Source: Spirochaetia bacterium (GTDB lineage Bacteria > Spirochaetota > Spirochaetia > SP-2023). Taken from it: a DNA stretch of 64,000 nt. Below the pieces are notes generated by a model. It worked only from the letters and a program-made list of their open reading frames with translations. It ran no database searches and had not been told where the DNA came from. How positions within the stretch are numbered: position 1 is the stretch's first letter; each line of letters starts with the position of its first letter. Positions 1 to 10,176 of the stretch are shown here, one piece after another. The stretch is taken from positions 1,440,001 through 1,504,000 of the forward strand of contig CBDDCK010000005.1 in the NCBI GenBank assembly GCA_965225855.1, written 5' to 3'. The translations under genes and the position numbers were made by a program.

Positions 1-1060
1 AAATACCTACCACTGCACTCTGCAACCCTTCTTCGCCACTACACAATGGTTGGGTTCCGTTGTGCATGGTATCTAGCAATTCTTCCATAATGTAATGGTC
101 GCCATCTCCGTGGCCCCCGCCTATGTTGTCAATATGGCGTGCTTCATCTTCGCCTAATATGCGGTAAATTAGCTGCCCGCTATATAGCTCTACAATTAGA
201 TTCCCGCTAGTACAGTGGAAGTACATGCGCCGTTCGGGTATGCAGTTGCTCATGCTGGCTTGGAATTGTACCCGAATGGAGTTACTGTATTCCATTATGG
301 CAACAACGTTATCTTCAATGCTCTTTGGTGAAACAAAGGCGTTGTCTAGTGCATCGTCAAAGCTAGTTACGTTGGTTTCTCGTTCAAATACTTGTGGGTG
401 CTTCAGGTAAATCGCCTCATTTTCGGGCACAAACATATTGTTGCCCCCGAATGCAGCTATCTTTATTGGGACGGAATCACAGAACCAATTCAGTAAATCT
501 AAATCGTGAACGCACTTTTCTAGGATGTGCGGCCCTGCTAGCTCATACTTTCGTCGCCAATTCTGCATAATATAGTAACCATGATCAGGGGTGATATTCT
601 CGCTGGCATTGATAGAGACTATTTTGCCCAAGCGGCCTGAATTAAGTATTTCTTTGGCTTTGCGGTAAATCGAAGCATAGCGTAGGGTAAAGCCAGTTGC
701 GAGCAACTGGCCACTCTTCTCATGTTCCCGGCGAATTGCCACGCAATCTGCAATGCTGGTAGCTAAAGGCTTTTCGCTAAACACGTGTTTGCCTGCGCGA
801 AATGCCGCTATAATTTGTTCTTTGTGAAATACATTTGGGGAGCCAATAAAGACCCAATCTAGCTGTCCATCGTTGAGTAAATCTTGTAAGGTGGGGTAGA
901 CATGCTTACTGTTTCCCGCTTTGCAAGCTTCCAGCAAAAGTTTGGCATTGGCTTCAATTGGGTCCCATGCACCGAGCACCCGTACTTCTTGGTTGGTATC
1001 AAAGTGAGTAGTTAGGCTAATACTGCGGTTGCCACAGCCAATCACGCCTATATTTATCAT
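1..1060 (-). CDS. Gfo/Idh/MocA family oxidoreductase (3' end runs off the window)
   Basis: Manual minus-strand translation from ATG 1060: MINIGVIGCGNRS... (Rossmann motif), later IGSPNVFH, GKHVFSEKPLA and EKCVHDLD; AGGAG RBS at 1069-1073. Absent from the ORF track because there is no stop inside the window. Confidence 0.9.
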   Translation of the reverse strand, partial: MINIGVIGCGNRSISLTTHFDTNQEVRVLGAWDPIEANAKLLLEACKAGNSKHVYPTLQDLLNDGQLDWVFIGSPNVFHKEQIIAAFRAGKHVFSEKPLATSIADCVAIRREHEKSGQLLATGFTLRYASIYRKAKEILNSGRLGKIVSINASENITPDHGYYIMQNWRRKYELAGPHILEKCVHDLDLLNWFCDSVPIKIAAFGGNNMFVPENEAIYLKHPQVFERETNVTSFDDALDNAFVSPKSIEDNVVAIMEYSNSIRVQFQASMSNCIPERRMYFHCTSGNLIVELYSGQLIYRILGEDEARHIDNIGGGHGDGDHYIMEELLDTMHNGTQPLCSGEEGLQSAVVGI

Positions 1061-1129
1061 TGGTCATTCTCCTATTCTTTGTGGTGATTTGTGGCTGCAA
1101 TTGCTTACATAGCTGGATAGTTCTGGTGT

Positions 1130-1287
1130 TGGGTATAACGCTGTACGGCCTCTATCGTTTCGGTCAGATCAAAACCACTAGTTCCGTCCGGCTGTACCAC
1201 TGCACCACCGTTTTGATAGATAAAATTCCACCAACCTTCTTGCTCGTTATTATTGGCTAGAAAACCATAAACTCCGTTGGCCGGGTC
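1130..1287 (-). pseudogene. Internal fragment of a sugar ABC transporter substrate-binding protein
   Basis: Minus strand reads DPANGVYGFLANNNEQEGWWNFIYQNGGAVVQPDGTSGFDLTETIEAVQRY, typical of the middle of family-1 solute-binding proteins; no N- or C-terminus present. Confidence 0.7.
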
Positions 1288-1370
1288 GGGCTATTATTGG
1301 GAAAATGATAAAGAATGTCAACAATATTATGACAAATCGGATAGATAAACCAAAATTATTTTTAAATAAA

Positions 1371-1406
1371 AAAGTGGAGCAGACAAATATTTGTCTGCTC
1401 CACTTT
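1371..1406. terminator. Perfect 36-bp palindrome, probable intrinsic terminator of the OMP gene
   Basis: AAAGTGGAGCAGACAAAT/ATTTGTCTGCTCCACTTT, about 24 bp downstream of the 1430 stop, followed by a T-run on the minus strand. Confidence 0.8.
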
Positions 1407-1429
1407 CGCTAACTATATAATAATCAAAT

Positions 1430-2119
1430 TTAAAACCAGAAACGCACGCCCAACTCAGCTGGGGTATCCAAGTGGAGCCAGCTTTTTATAGGCTTGTCAA
1501 AGCCAAGGCCAAAGCCAAGCGTTGGTAACGCTTGCAAGAAAATTTCGACAACTTTCGTTTTCTTCCCTATCCAAAAACTCATACCGAGAGGCAAACGCAA
1601 GCCCATAGAAAGCCCAATTAGACTGCCATCATCATAGCTAAAAATAGAAGTAGTCGTCCCCAATGATAAGCGCAGCTCAAACCATTTAGCAGCGAAATGG
1701 CTCAATAACATAAAATTAATGCTTAGATTACCGCCAATATCGTTGCCAAAAACATCATTGAGATTGCGACTATACGATAAAGATTTAGAACCAACGATAC
1801 CGAAATTAAGAAATATAGGAGTTTTCGGAATATGAAAACTAATAGAAGATATTGCATTCGGGAATGAATTTACCTTATTATCAGGGCCTATATCCGTATT
1901 AACATCTTTGTCGAATGTTACAACTGCACCGCTATAGCTAAGGCCTAGGCCCATTCTATCGAACCAAATAGGTTTCGCCTTTTGCTCTGCTCCTTCTGTA
2001 TTATCCATATCTAATGAAGAATCTTTATCTTCCTTAGAGCTAACTTCTTGCTTATCCATTTCTAAAGTAACAAGCATAGACGACATCAAGGAATATTTAT
2101 GGACTTTAAAAAGTAACAA
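1430..2119 (-). CDS. DUF3996/BAPKO_0422-like spirochaete outer-membrane beta-barrel protein; 5' end lies inside the tandem array
   Basis: Alternating hydrophobic strands, GLRLPLGMSFW...EIFLQALPTLG and C-terminal LGVRFWF beta-signal; the start and signal peptide are uncertain. Confidence 0.65.
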   Translation of the reverse strand: MLLFKVHKYSLMSSMLVTLEMDKQEVSSKEDKDSSLDMDNTEGAEQKAKPIWFDRMGLGLSYSGAVVTFDKDVNTDIGPDNKVNSFPNAISSISFHIPKTPIFLNFGIVGSKSLSYSRNLNDVFGNDIGGNLSINFMLLSHFAAKWFELRLSLGTTTSIFSYDDGSLIGLSMGLRLPLGMSFWIGKKTKVVEIFLQALPTLGFGLGFDKPIKSWLHLDTPAELGVRFWF

Positions 2120-3122
2120 GCATAGACGACATCAAGGAATATTTATGGACTTTAAAAAGTAACAAGCATAGACGACATCAAGGAATATTTATGGACTTTA
2201 AAAAGTAACAAGCATAGACGACATCAAGGAATATTTATGGACTTTAAAAAGTAACAAGCATAGACGACATCAAGGAATATTTATGGACTTTAAAAAGTAA
2301 CAAGCATAGACGACATCAAGTAATATTTATGGACTTTAAAAAGTAACAAGCATAGACGACATCAAGGAATATTTATGGACTTTAAAAAGTAACAAGCATA
2401 GACGACATCAAGGAATATTTATGGACTTTAAAAAGTAACAAGCATAGACGACATCAAGGAATATTTATGGACTTTAAAAAGTAATAAGTATGGACGACAT
2501 CAAGGAATATTTATGGACTTTAAAAAGTAATAAGTATGGACGACATCAAGGAATATTTATGGACTTTTGAAAGTAACAAGCATAGACGACATCAAGGAAT
2601 ATTATAGAATTTGAAAAGTAACAAGCATAGACGACATCAAGGAATATTTATGGACTTTAAAAAGTAACAAGCATAGACGACATCAAGGAATATTATAGAA
2701 TTTGAAAAGTAACAAGCATAGACGACATCAAGGAATATTTATGGACTTTAAAAAGTAACAAGCATAGACGACATCAAGGAATATTATAGAATTTGAAAAG
2801 TAACAAGCATAGACGACATCAAGGAATATTTATGGACTTTAAAAAGTAACAAGCATAGACGACATCAAGGAATATTATAGAATTTGAAAAGTAACAAGCA
2901 TAGACGACATCAAGGAATATTTATGGACTTTAAAAAGTAACAAGCATAGACGACATCAAGGAATATTTATGGACTTTGGAAAGTAACAAGCATAGACGAC
3001 ATCAAGGAATATTTATGGACTTTAAAAAGTAACAAGCATAGACGACATCAAGGAATATTTATGGACTTTGGAAAGTAACAAGCATAGACGACATCAAGGA
3101 ATATTTATGGACTTTAAAAAGT
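2065..3122. repeat. Tandem array of 23 units of 46 bp (four 45-bp variant units)
   Basis: Unit AAGTAACAAGCATAGACGACATCAAGGAATATTTATGGACTTTAAA counted 23 times; units 12, 14, 16 and 18 carry ATATTATAGAATTTGAA; no unique spacers. Confidence 0.97.
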
Positions 3123-4464
3123 AGTTGATTATCATGTAACCGGATTTACAAAATTCAGGAACAACATGCCAGACTACACCCGTGTCATAGAAGAATGGAA
3201 CCAAGAAGGAAGATTTATCACTTTTCCCAGCTATGAAATCCATTCATGCTCTGAAGGGGATTATGTTGTTTATTCAGCTCAACCCATAGATACAGTACCT
3301 CAAGTTAAATCTATGAAAGAGCTCCGTGAATTACTCAAAAAAAGAAATCGGCGGGACAAAAAACCTTCCTGATACCTCACCACATAGGTTATAAAACAGG
3401 ATACAGAGGAATCAATTGGGAAACTTTCGATTCCGAATTATCACCTTTTGTGGAAATCATATCAATGCATGGTGCTGCCGAATAATGACAACTATTCGGG
3501 CCTCCCCTATCTGCACACCATGGGGCCCCTATATTACGAAAATACCGTCAGAGGTGAATTAGATCGTGGAGCATTCTTTGGCATCACTGGATCCACCGAT
3601 CATCACAACGCTCATCGTGGAAGTTATGGCTATGGACGTATTGCTGTTCTTGCCGAAACTCTTTCCAGAGATGCCTTGTGGAATGCCATGCAAGACAGAA
3701 AAATCTATGCCGTAACAGGCGACAAGATATGGCTTGAAACCACCTTTGATAGTCATCTCATGGGGTCGATTCTAAGCTCTACCTCATCAAGAGAAATGGA
3801 AATCGATATCAAGGCAGGGTATACCCTTGATACAGTACATATTATAAAGAATGGCCTTACTGCTGAAATATTCAACTTTCCAGAAATTGCCAGAATATGG
3901 GGAGAGCAACAGCGAAAAAAAGGAAAAGTTATTATAGAAGTCGGTTGGGGAGAAAAAGGAGTTGCTCAAAACTGGGATTTCACACTGGAAGTTATTGATG
4001 GAGATTTGATTGATATAGAACCGAGGTTGCATGGCATTGACATCGTTGCTCCACTTGACGATTATGTTTCCGAGTGTCAGTTCACCGATTGGGACAGAAA
4101 TGGAATAAACAGACTCTCATGCAGAACAATCACATGGTGCAATCCAACAACTCCCACATCTTCGGTTCAGGGATTTTGCCTTGAAATATCAGGAACACGT
4201 CAAACCTCAATCAAGATGACCATGGGCACTTGGACACGTTCATATTCCCTTGAACAGCTCATAAGAGGCGATCACACAGATTACCTTGCTGACTTTCTTT
4301 CAGCCGCAGTAAAATTCGGACGATTTATCCCTGAACAGGAATATACTGCTAAATTAAGGTGGAAAGATGAGGGGACGGTTAACGAACGGGATGACTATTA
4401 CATTAGAGTGATTCAGAAAAACAACCAAAGAGCTTGGAGTTCACCCATAAGGATATTACGATAA
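3121..4464 (+). pseudogene. 5'-truncated, doubly frameshifted DUF3604/PHP-like metallohydrolase
   Basis: Coding continuity VVDYHVTGF...FITFPSYEIHS (3121-3360), frameshift to FLIPHHIGYKTGYRGINW...VEIISMHG (3360-3483), second frameshift to the 338-aa ORF with GSTDHH, YAVTGDKI and YYIRVIQKN..AWSSPI. The N-terminus is replaced by the array. Confidence 0.75.
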
Positions 4465-4619
4465 GCAAAAACTATGAGATACCGACGAAAGAAAAAGTGG
4501 GAAAACCAAAGGCAGCAGGAAATAAAATAGAGTCCCTCCTCAAGAATATTCCTACTTGTTATAGACCTCTCTTGACTTTCCCCGTATGCTATGCTATACT
4601 AGACAAAACAATTTAAGGA

Positions 4620-5726
4620 ATGAAGATGCTTACAAGAGAGCAACAAGAGAATCTTCTGGCTTTGGCATGTAAGCTGGTGGACCAGCACACGGCGAAAGTC
4701 ATTATTCGGCCTCAACAAAATGCCAGCGGCTTTTGGTTTGGCGGTGGTAATATGATAGAGCAAAACGGCGTTCTCTATCTGTCGGGTCGCTATCGCAACT
4801 TTGGAGATTCGCGCATGGGTTTGGGCAAAGGTGAACGTGGTCTGGAGCTGGCAATATTTCGTTCCCACAACAGAGGCCAGAGCTGGCATAAAATTATTTC
4901 GTTTAGCAAAAAAGATTTGAGCCTACCCAACAAAGATGTACTCTCCATAGAAGGGACGGCCCTTCACGTATTTGAGGGTGGAGTAGAATTATTTATCTCT
5001 ACGGAAAAAGCTTATAATCCTCTGCCTGATTCCTTAAAAAAATTTCAAAAACAAGGGACAGGAAATTGGTCTGTTGAGCACATCGCGGCCCCTACAGTTG
5101 AAGAATTGAGTACAACAGACATAGAAACAGTTCTAGAGACAAGCGATCCCCGTTATGTTCATGTTAAGGACCCCTTCATTTTTGAGCCACGCAGAGGTAG
5201 TCTAGTAGTACTCTGCTGCACCCATCCTTTTAACTGGAGTTCTAGCAATACAGCCTATTTTGTGCGCTCGCCTGATGGGATTTTTTCCAAATGCTCTTGG
5301 GATTTCTTACCTAGGGGCACAACGTGGGATGTTGCCATACGGCGTGGGACTGCGTTATTGCGAATCCCGCGAGTAGGTTGCTTTAAATCTATTGATGTTT
5401 CCTTGTTTTTCTACGATGGGGGCGAATCTTTACGTAACCTAGATGAACACAGAATGGCCGTCCAGCGTCCAAGAGGCTATTCTTGCGAGGAGTTAGGCGG
5501 TATTGGTTATATTACTAATGACGTATTAGAGTCTTTTGAGAGTCTTTCACCATATTTACCGGAGTTTTGTTCGCCTTGGGGTAGTGGATGTAGTCGTTAT
5601 GTCGATGCTCTTGCTGCCCACGATGGGATTTACGTTACTTGGCAGCAATCCCAGAGCGACTTTTCCCAACCTTTAGTGTTGAATTTCGTTCTTTGGGATG
5701 AAGTAGAATCCGTGTTGATGAGATAG
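4620..5726 (+). CDS. Putative beta-propeller glycoside hydrolase / sialidase-like protein
   Basis: 368-aa ORF with Asp-box-like SHNRGQSW and HVKDP motifs; lies upstream of an ABC importer. Confidence 0.55.
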   Translation: MKMLTREQQENLLALACKLVDQHTAKVIIRPQQNASGFWFGGGNMIEQNGVLYLSGRYRNFGDSRMGLGKGERGLELAIFRSHNRGQSWHKIISFSKKDLSLPNKDVLSIEGTALHVFEGGVELFISTEKAYNPLPDSLKKFQKQGTGNWSVEHIAAPTVEELSTTDIETVLETSDPRYVHVKDPFIFEPRRGSLVVLCCTHPFNWSSSNTAYFVRSPDGIFSKCSWDFLPRGTTWDVAIRRGTALLRIPRVGCFKSIDVSLFFYDGGESLRNLDEHRMAVQRPRGYSCEELGGIGYITNDVLESFESLSPYLPEFCSPWGSGCSRYVDALAAHDGIYVTWQQSQSDFSQPLVLNFVLWDEVESVLMR

Positions 5727-5742
5727 ATCAGGATGGAAAAAG

Positions 5743-6519
5743 ATGCGTAGATTAAAAGATTTTAGCAATGGAAATCTAAGAAACCGGTTCATCTTCGCCG
5801 TAATTTCAATAATTAGTGGTTTTTTTCTTTGGTATTTGCTCACTCGTATACCAACAATCAATACCTTTTTGGCCAGTCCTAGACAAGTGTTAATAGCACT
5901 TATATCTGAATCTGCGGCAAATGGCCGGTATTTTAAAGATGTTGGTATTTCTTTGCAGCGTATTTTAATCGGATTTGGTTTGGCCTTTATTTGTGCCATT
6001 CCCACTGCTTTTCTTATGGGTTGGTATCCTGTAATTCGCAATCTTTTGGAACCTTGGATACAGTTTTTTCGTACAATCCCGCCAATTGCCTTGATTCCAC
6101 TGGTTATCTTAGCTATGGGTCTTGGAGAGGCCCCCAAATATACAGTAATATTCATTGCGTCTTTTTTGACTATGGTTGTAACCATTTACCAAGGTATAAA
6201 AGAGGTTGATCAAACTTTGATTAAGGCAGCCTATACCCTTGGAGCAGGGACAAAGAATTTATTCTTTGACATTATGATACCATCTGCTTTTCCGTTTATT
6301 CTTGTGGGTGCCCGGCTGGGGATGGCGTCTTCGCTTACTACATTGGTTGCCGCAGAACTAACAGGTACAATTTTTGGTTTGGGTGCCCGTATTCAAGGTG
6401 CGCAGCAATTTATGGATACTTCTATTGTGCTATTAGGTATAATTACAATTGGAATTATTGGTTTTATTCTAGATAAAATATTGTTATTGATAGAGAAAAA
6501 ACTCACTAAGTGGAAATAA
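5743..6519 (+). CDS. ABC transporter permease (SsuC/TauC type)
   Basis: Hydrophobic; RTIPPIAL, AAYTLGA and LVAAEL motifs. Confidence 0.9.
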   Translation: MRRLKDFSNGNLRNRFIFAVISIISGFFLWYLLTRIPTINTFLASPRQVLIALISESAANGRYFKDVGISLQRILIGFGLAFICAIPTAFLMGWYPVIRNLLEPWIQFFRTIPPIALIPLVILAMGLGEAPKYTVIFIASFLTMVVTIYQGIKEVDQTLIKAAYTLGAGTKNLFFDIMIPSAFPFILVGARLGMASSLTTLVAAELTGTIFGLGARIQGAQQFMDTSIVLLGIITIGIIGFILDKILLLIEKKLTKWK

Positions 6520-6523
6520 AATT

Positions 6524-7336
6524 ATGGCAGAGGTATTGATACAGATAATAGATATTTGCAAGAGATATTTGGGTAGTAATGGTTCCATTGCAATAAATGC
6601 GCTCGATAATGTGTCCCTAGATATTTTAGAAAATGAATTTGTCTGTGTAGTGGGTCCTTCTGGCTGTGGCAAAACCACACTTTTAAATATTATTGCTGGG
6701 CTAGAACCTTTTGAGTCTGGGAGTATTACTATGCACGGTGAATATATTGTTGGGCCAGGCCCAGATCGCGGTGTGATTTTTCAACAATACGCGCTTTTTC
6801 CATGGATGACGGTAAAAAAGAATATCGAATATGGAATGAAATTCCTTACCAAAACCAACAAATCGGGCAAAAAAGTTCGATTGAGTACGAAAGAAAAAGA
6901 AGAGATGGCACTGCATTATATTGATATGGTTCATTTGACCGGTTTTGCCGATTGTTATCCAAAGGCTCTTTCTGGAGGTATGAAGCAGCGCGTTGCGATT
7001 GCGCGAGCCTATGTCATGAATCCCGATGTGCTATTAATGGACGAGCCATTTGGTGCCCTAGATGCACAGACCCGTGCCCAACTTCAAGAATACTTGCTTG
7101 AAACTTGGCAAACAGAGAGGAAAACCTGCTTTTTCATTACTCACGATGTCGATGAAGCCGTGTTATTGGCCAGTCGCGTAGTAATTATGAGTGCCAGACC
7201 GGGCGAAATTTCTGAAATAATATCGATTGATTTGCCTTACCCAAGAGATCAATCAACAAAAATGGATAGTCAATTTCTGGAATACAGAAATCATATTTGG
7301 AATAGCGTTTATAAAATGTATTTAGAAAGGGACTAA
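6524..7336 (+). CDS. ABC transporter ATP-binding protein (SsuB/TauB type)
   Basis: GPSGCGKTT, LSGGMKQRVAIARA, LLMDEPFGALD. Confidence 0.95.
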   Translation: MAEVLIQIIDICKRYLGSNGSIAINALDNVSLDILENEFVCVVGPSGCGKTTLLNIIAGLEPFESGSITMHGEYIVGPGPDRGVIFQQYALFPWMTVKKNIEYGMKFLTKTNKSGKKVRLSTKEKEEMALHYIDMVHLTGFADCYPKALSGGMKQRVAIARAYVMNPDVLLMDEPFGALDAQTRAQLQEYLLETWQTERKTCFFITHDVDEAVLLASRVVIMSARPGEISEIISIDLPYPRDQSTKMDSQFLEYRNHIWNSVYKMYLERD

Positions 7337-7378
7337 ATATACGTCCCATGCAAAAAATTAAATTTCGGAGGTAAATTT

Positions 7379-8530
7379 ATGAATAATTCAATAAAAAAAC
7401 AATTTGGCTTCATTCTGCTTGGCCTTGTTTTGTTTCCTGTTCTCGGACATGGTAGAGGAGCAGCAAGTTCTGATGAGGGATTGCAGAAGGTGCGGGTTGG
7501 TGTACACGCCAACGAAGGTGGCATACCGCTGGCCGCTGTGGGCAAAGATCAAGGCTTTTTTCGCAAATACGGCATTGAGCCAGTGTTTACTATTGTGGAA
7601 AGCGGCCCTTCAGAGATGGTGGCCATGCGTGCTGACAATCGCACATTAGATATAGGTTTTATCGGTGCAGGTGTAGCATGGAACCCTATTGATGGCGCAG
7701 GAAATTCTCTTTCGTTTGTTTTTCTTGATAATGTCAGCAGCTCTGAAATGCTTTTGGCTCAAAAGGGAATCTTTGTCGATTCAGATGGAAATGGCAAATT
7801 CTCTAATGCAGAAATCTATGCTGGGCTAAAGGGCAAAACAGTTTTTATTGAAGTTGGCACGACTCCCGGCGGCTGGTTTAAGACTCTTCTTGAATTAGTA
7901 AATGAAGGCAAAGACGATAGCAATAAATTATGGCTTTCTAGCGAAACCGCCGCTTATATGGCTGGCTATTCGGCACCCAATGCAAACTCAGCCAATAAAG
8001 TAATGGTTGTCAATACTTTAAACACAAACCTTCCTGCTGGTATGGCTTCAAACGGCAATATGGATATTGTAGCCGGTTTTTCACCCGCCACAACAACCAT
8101 ACTCAGAACAAATAAAAGTGTAGAAATTATTGCAACTACGGTAAATAATTTCCCACCGGAGGCGTCGTTCCCATCAACCTGGGTTGCCAGTGATGTGTGG
8201 TTGGACCAAAACCCTGAGCTAGCACAGAATTTTGTCAATGCCTTGTATGAATCAGCTATATGGAGACACAAAAATATTGATGCCGCTATGCGCAGCGGCG
8301 AAAAGCTGGCACAGAAACCAACGAATTCCTTTGATTCCAACAACATAGTTGACCCATCTAAAGCCAATTACCAATCCTGGTTTCAAGATAGAGATTCTCT
8401 TGGCTACGCATATATGAAATCACTTTATGATTCTCGCGTTCCTAACGTACCCCAAGGTAACCCCGTAAAAACTTTTGAGCAGTCATTTAAAGATGATTAT
8501 ATGCTTAATGCAATCCGTAACTTGCAATGA
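7379..8530 (+). CDS. ABC transporter substrate-binding protein (SsuA/NMT1-like)
   Basis: Signal peptide, GFFRKYGIE...DIGFIG motif, operon context. Confidence 0.8.
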   Translation: MNNSIKKQFGFILLGLVLFPVLGHGRGAASSDEGLQKVRVGVHANEGGIPLAAVGKDQGFFRKYGIEPVFTIVESGPSEMVAMRADNRTLDIGFIGAGVAWNPIDGAGNSLSFVFLDNVSSSEMLLAQKGIFVDSDGNGKFSNAEIYAGLKGKTVFIEVGTTPGGWFKTLLELVNEGKDDSNKLWLSSETAAYMAGYSAPNANSANKVMVVNTLNTNLPAGMASNGNMDIVAGFSPATTTILRTNKSVEIIATTVNNFPPEASFPSTWVASDVWLDQNPELAQNFVNALYESAIWRHKNIDAAMRSGEKLAQKPTNSFDSNNIVDPSKANYQSWFQDRDSLGYAYMKSLYDSRVPNVPQGNPVKTFEQSFKDDYMLNAIRNLQ

Positions 8531-8615
8531 AATATAGAGCCATCTGTAGCAAATTTTTCATACTTCCCTTAGACAGTTTCCCCTAATGGAAGTATTGTAA
8601 TTTGAAGTTTTCCTT

Positions 8616-8975
8616 ATGAAAAAGAAATGGTACCAAAGTGGAAAGGACCCAGATTATCGGTTTTCTTTGGCCAACGAGCGCACCTTTTTGGCTTGGATTC
8701 GTACAGCTTTGTCATTTTTAGCTGGAGGTTTGGCTGTCAATCAGTTTGTGGAAGGCTTGGGAGTGGCAGTATTTCGGGATATTGTTGCTATTTTGCTTAG
8801 CATTAGTGCTGCAATGATTGCTATTTACGCCTACATTCACTGGGCCAACAATGAAAAAGCTATGCGTCAAAATAGAAAATTGTATTGTGCTCCTTTTTTG
8901 ACGGTGCTTAGCATCGTTATTCTTTTACTTGCTTTGCTCTTAGTTCATTTAATTCTCTTTGTCGATCAGAAATGA
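8616..8975 (+). CDS. yidH: YidH family (DUF202) membrane protein
   Basis: GKDPDYRFSLANERTFLAWIRT signature. Confidence 0.9.
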   Translation: MKKKWYQSGKDPDYRFSLANERTFLAWIRTALSFLAGGLAVNQFVEGLGVAVFRDIVAILLSISAAMIAIYAYIHWANNEKAMRQNRKLYCAPFLTVLSIVILLLALLLVHLILFVDQK

Positions 8976-9361
8976 CGGATACAAAGAGGCCATCTCCTCT
9001 CTTAAAAGACAAAAGCAAAGCAGAAATTGATTGCGGCCTACAGCCCGAACGCACATTACTGTCTTGGCAGCGAAGTTTGGGTTCCTACCTGCTTACCGCG
9101 ATGTTGCTATTGCGCAGTGCCATAAAACAAGAATCGTTTTTATTGGTAATTCTTTTTTCTGTTATGCTACTGCTTACAATATTTCTATACAGCTACTTAT
9201 ATTTCTACAAGTTCCAAGCTCTCCAAAATTGGAAACAAGGGCAAACACAAAGTGTACTAAACCCTATAAGCTTGTGGTCTAAGATACTTATAGCTGGAAG
9301 TATTGCGCTCTGTGCTGTTCTCGTGACGGGATTTTGGCTCTACAGAGCTGTCAGAATATAG
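8972..9361 (+). CDS. DUF202 (YidG-like) membrane protein
   Basis: DCGLQPERTLLSWQRS signature; ATGA overlap with yidH. Confidence 0.8.
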   Translation: MTDTKRPSPLLKDKSKAEIDCGLQPERTLLSWQRSLGSYLLTAMLLLRSAIKQESFLLVILFSVMLLLTIFLYSYLYFYKFQALQNWKQGQTQSVLNPISLWSKILIAGSIALCAVLVTGFWLYRAVRI

Positions 9362-9409
9362 GGGTTACCGGCTTAGGGGGATTGATCAAGTTTTCGCCTG
9401 GTCTGATAG

Positions 9410-9556
9410 TGCCACGTAAAAATGCTGGGAAAGGCTAGCAAGTTTTTGATCTGGTTGGAGGTGTAGTCCATGCGCTCTGTCTGTGCCGATGATGGTAGCA
9501 ACGGCAGCCAGAAACTTTTTGGGGCATTATCTTTTCTGGGTTAGGGTTGGCCCAGC
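9410..9556 (-). pseudogene. Degraded fragment of an NAD(P)-dependent malic enzyme
   Basis: Across frameshifts the minus strand gives ANPNPEKIMP / AAVATIIGTDR / DYTSNQIKNLLAFPSIF, in the same order as malic enzyme ANPxPEIxP...[22 protein letters not shown]. Confidence 0.6.
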
Positions 9557-10176
9557 ACAATTGAATGAGTAGTTAGGTGAAAGAGGACATGATAACTGAA
9601 CGGGATAAGAAAGACGCGATAACTCGGGATTTTTTGGGACAAATGGGAAGGTAAAATTGGCTTACTTTCCAAAATAAAAAAGTAAAAAATTTTTCATTGC
9701 ACGAGAAAAAGCCAGAATCCATTTTTAACACCAAACCAGAGCAAAAAACGCTCAAAACTTCAAAAAGCCAAAGCGGTGCTAGGATAACCAAACCATGCAC
9801 CGCTTTTTTTATGCCTTTCGGCTGAATCCACAAATGGAACAAGTAAAAAATTTTTGTTTTTCGGCCTATGGGTCATTGTCGGCAGTAATTGGGCAACAAT
9901 ATGCTTTCAAAATATCATGGTAACGGGCCACGGTCTCAAAAAGCTAGTAAGGTTTCTGAAAAAAGCTAGTAAGGTTTTGACTGAAAACCTTACTAGCTTT
10001 TTTGATTGGCAACCTGGGGATTTTCCAACAAACCCGATCAACACTGTATTGTCAAAATTCTTTGCGTGAAGAGCCCCGACTAAATACCCAGAAGCCCATA
10101 TAGCCCAAGCTAAAGTACCCTAACACAAAAAAAGTACCCTAACACAAAAAAACTTACAAAAAGCCTTATAAAGGCC

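Noticed and set aside
225..410. Short ORFs antisense to or nested in long genes (e.g. 225-410, 5673-6185, 7966-8367, 16349-16702, 55721-56068, 58792-59190)
   Set aside because: They overlap well-supported CDSs and show no recognisable motifs.
2065..3122. CRISPR array
   Set aside because: Units are contiguous and near-identical with no unique spacers, and no cas genes are present; it is a minisatellite.
3127..3146. TTATCATGTAACCGGAT resembling the cassette left end
   Set aside because: It lies in the coding frame VDYHVTGF of the hydrolase pseudogene and lacks the terminal CA and second site; likely chance.
9573..10069. Short ORFs in the cassette arms (9573-9842, 9854-10069, also 36604-37513) as transposase remnants
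   Set aside because: No DDE or HTH motifs recognised, and the reading frames are not conserved between copies.
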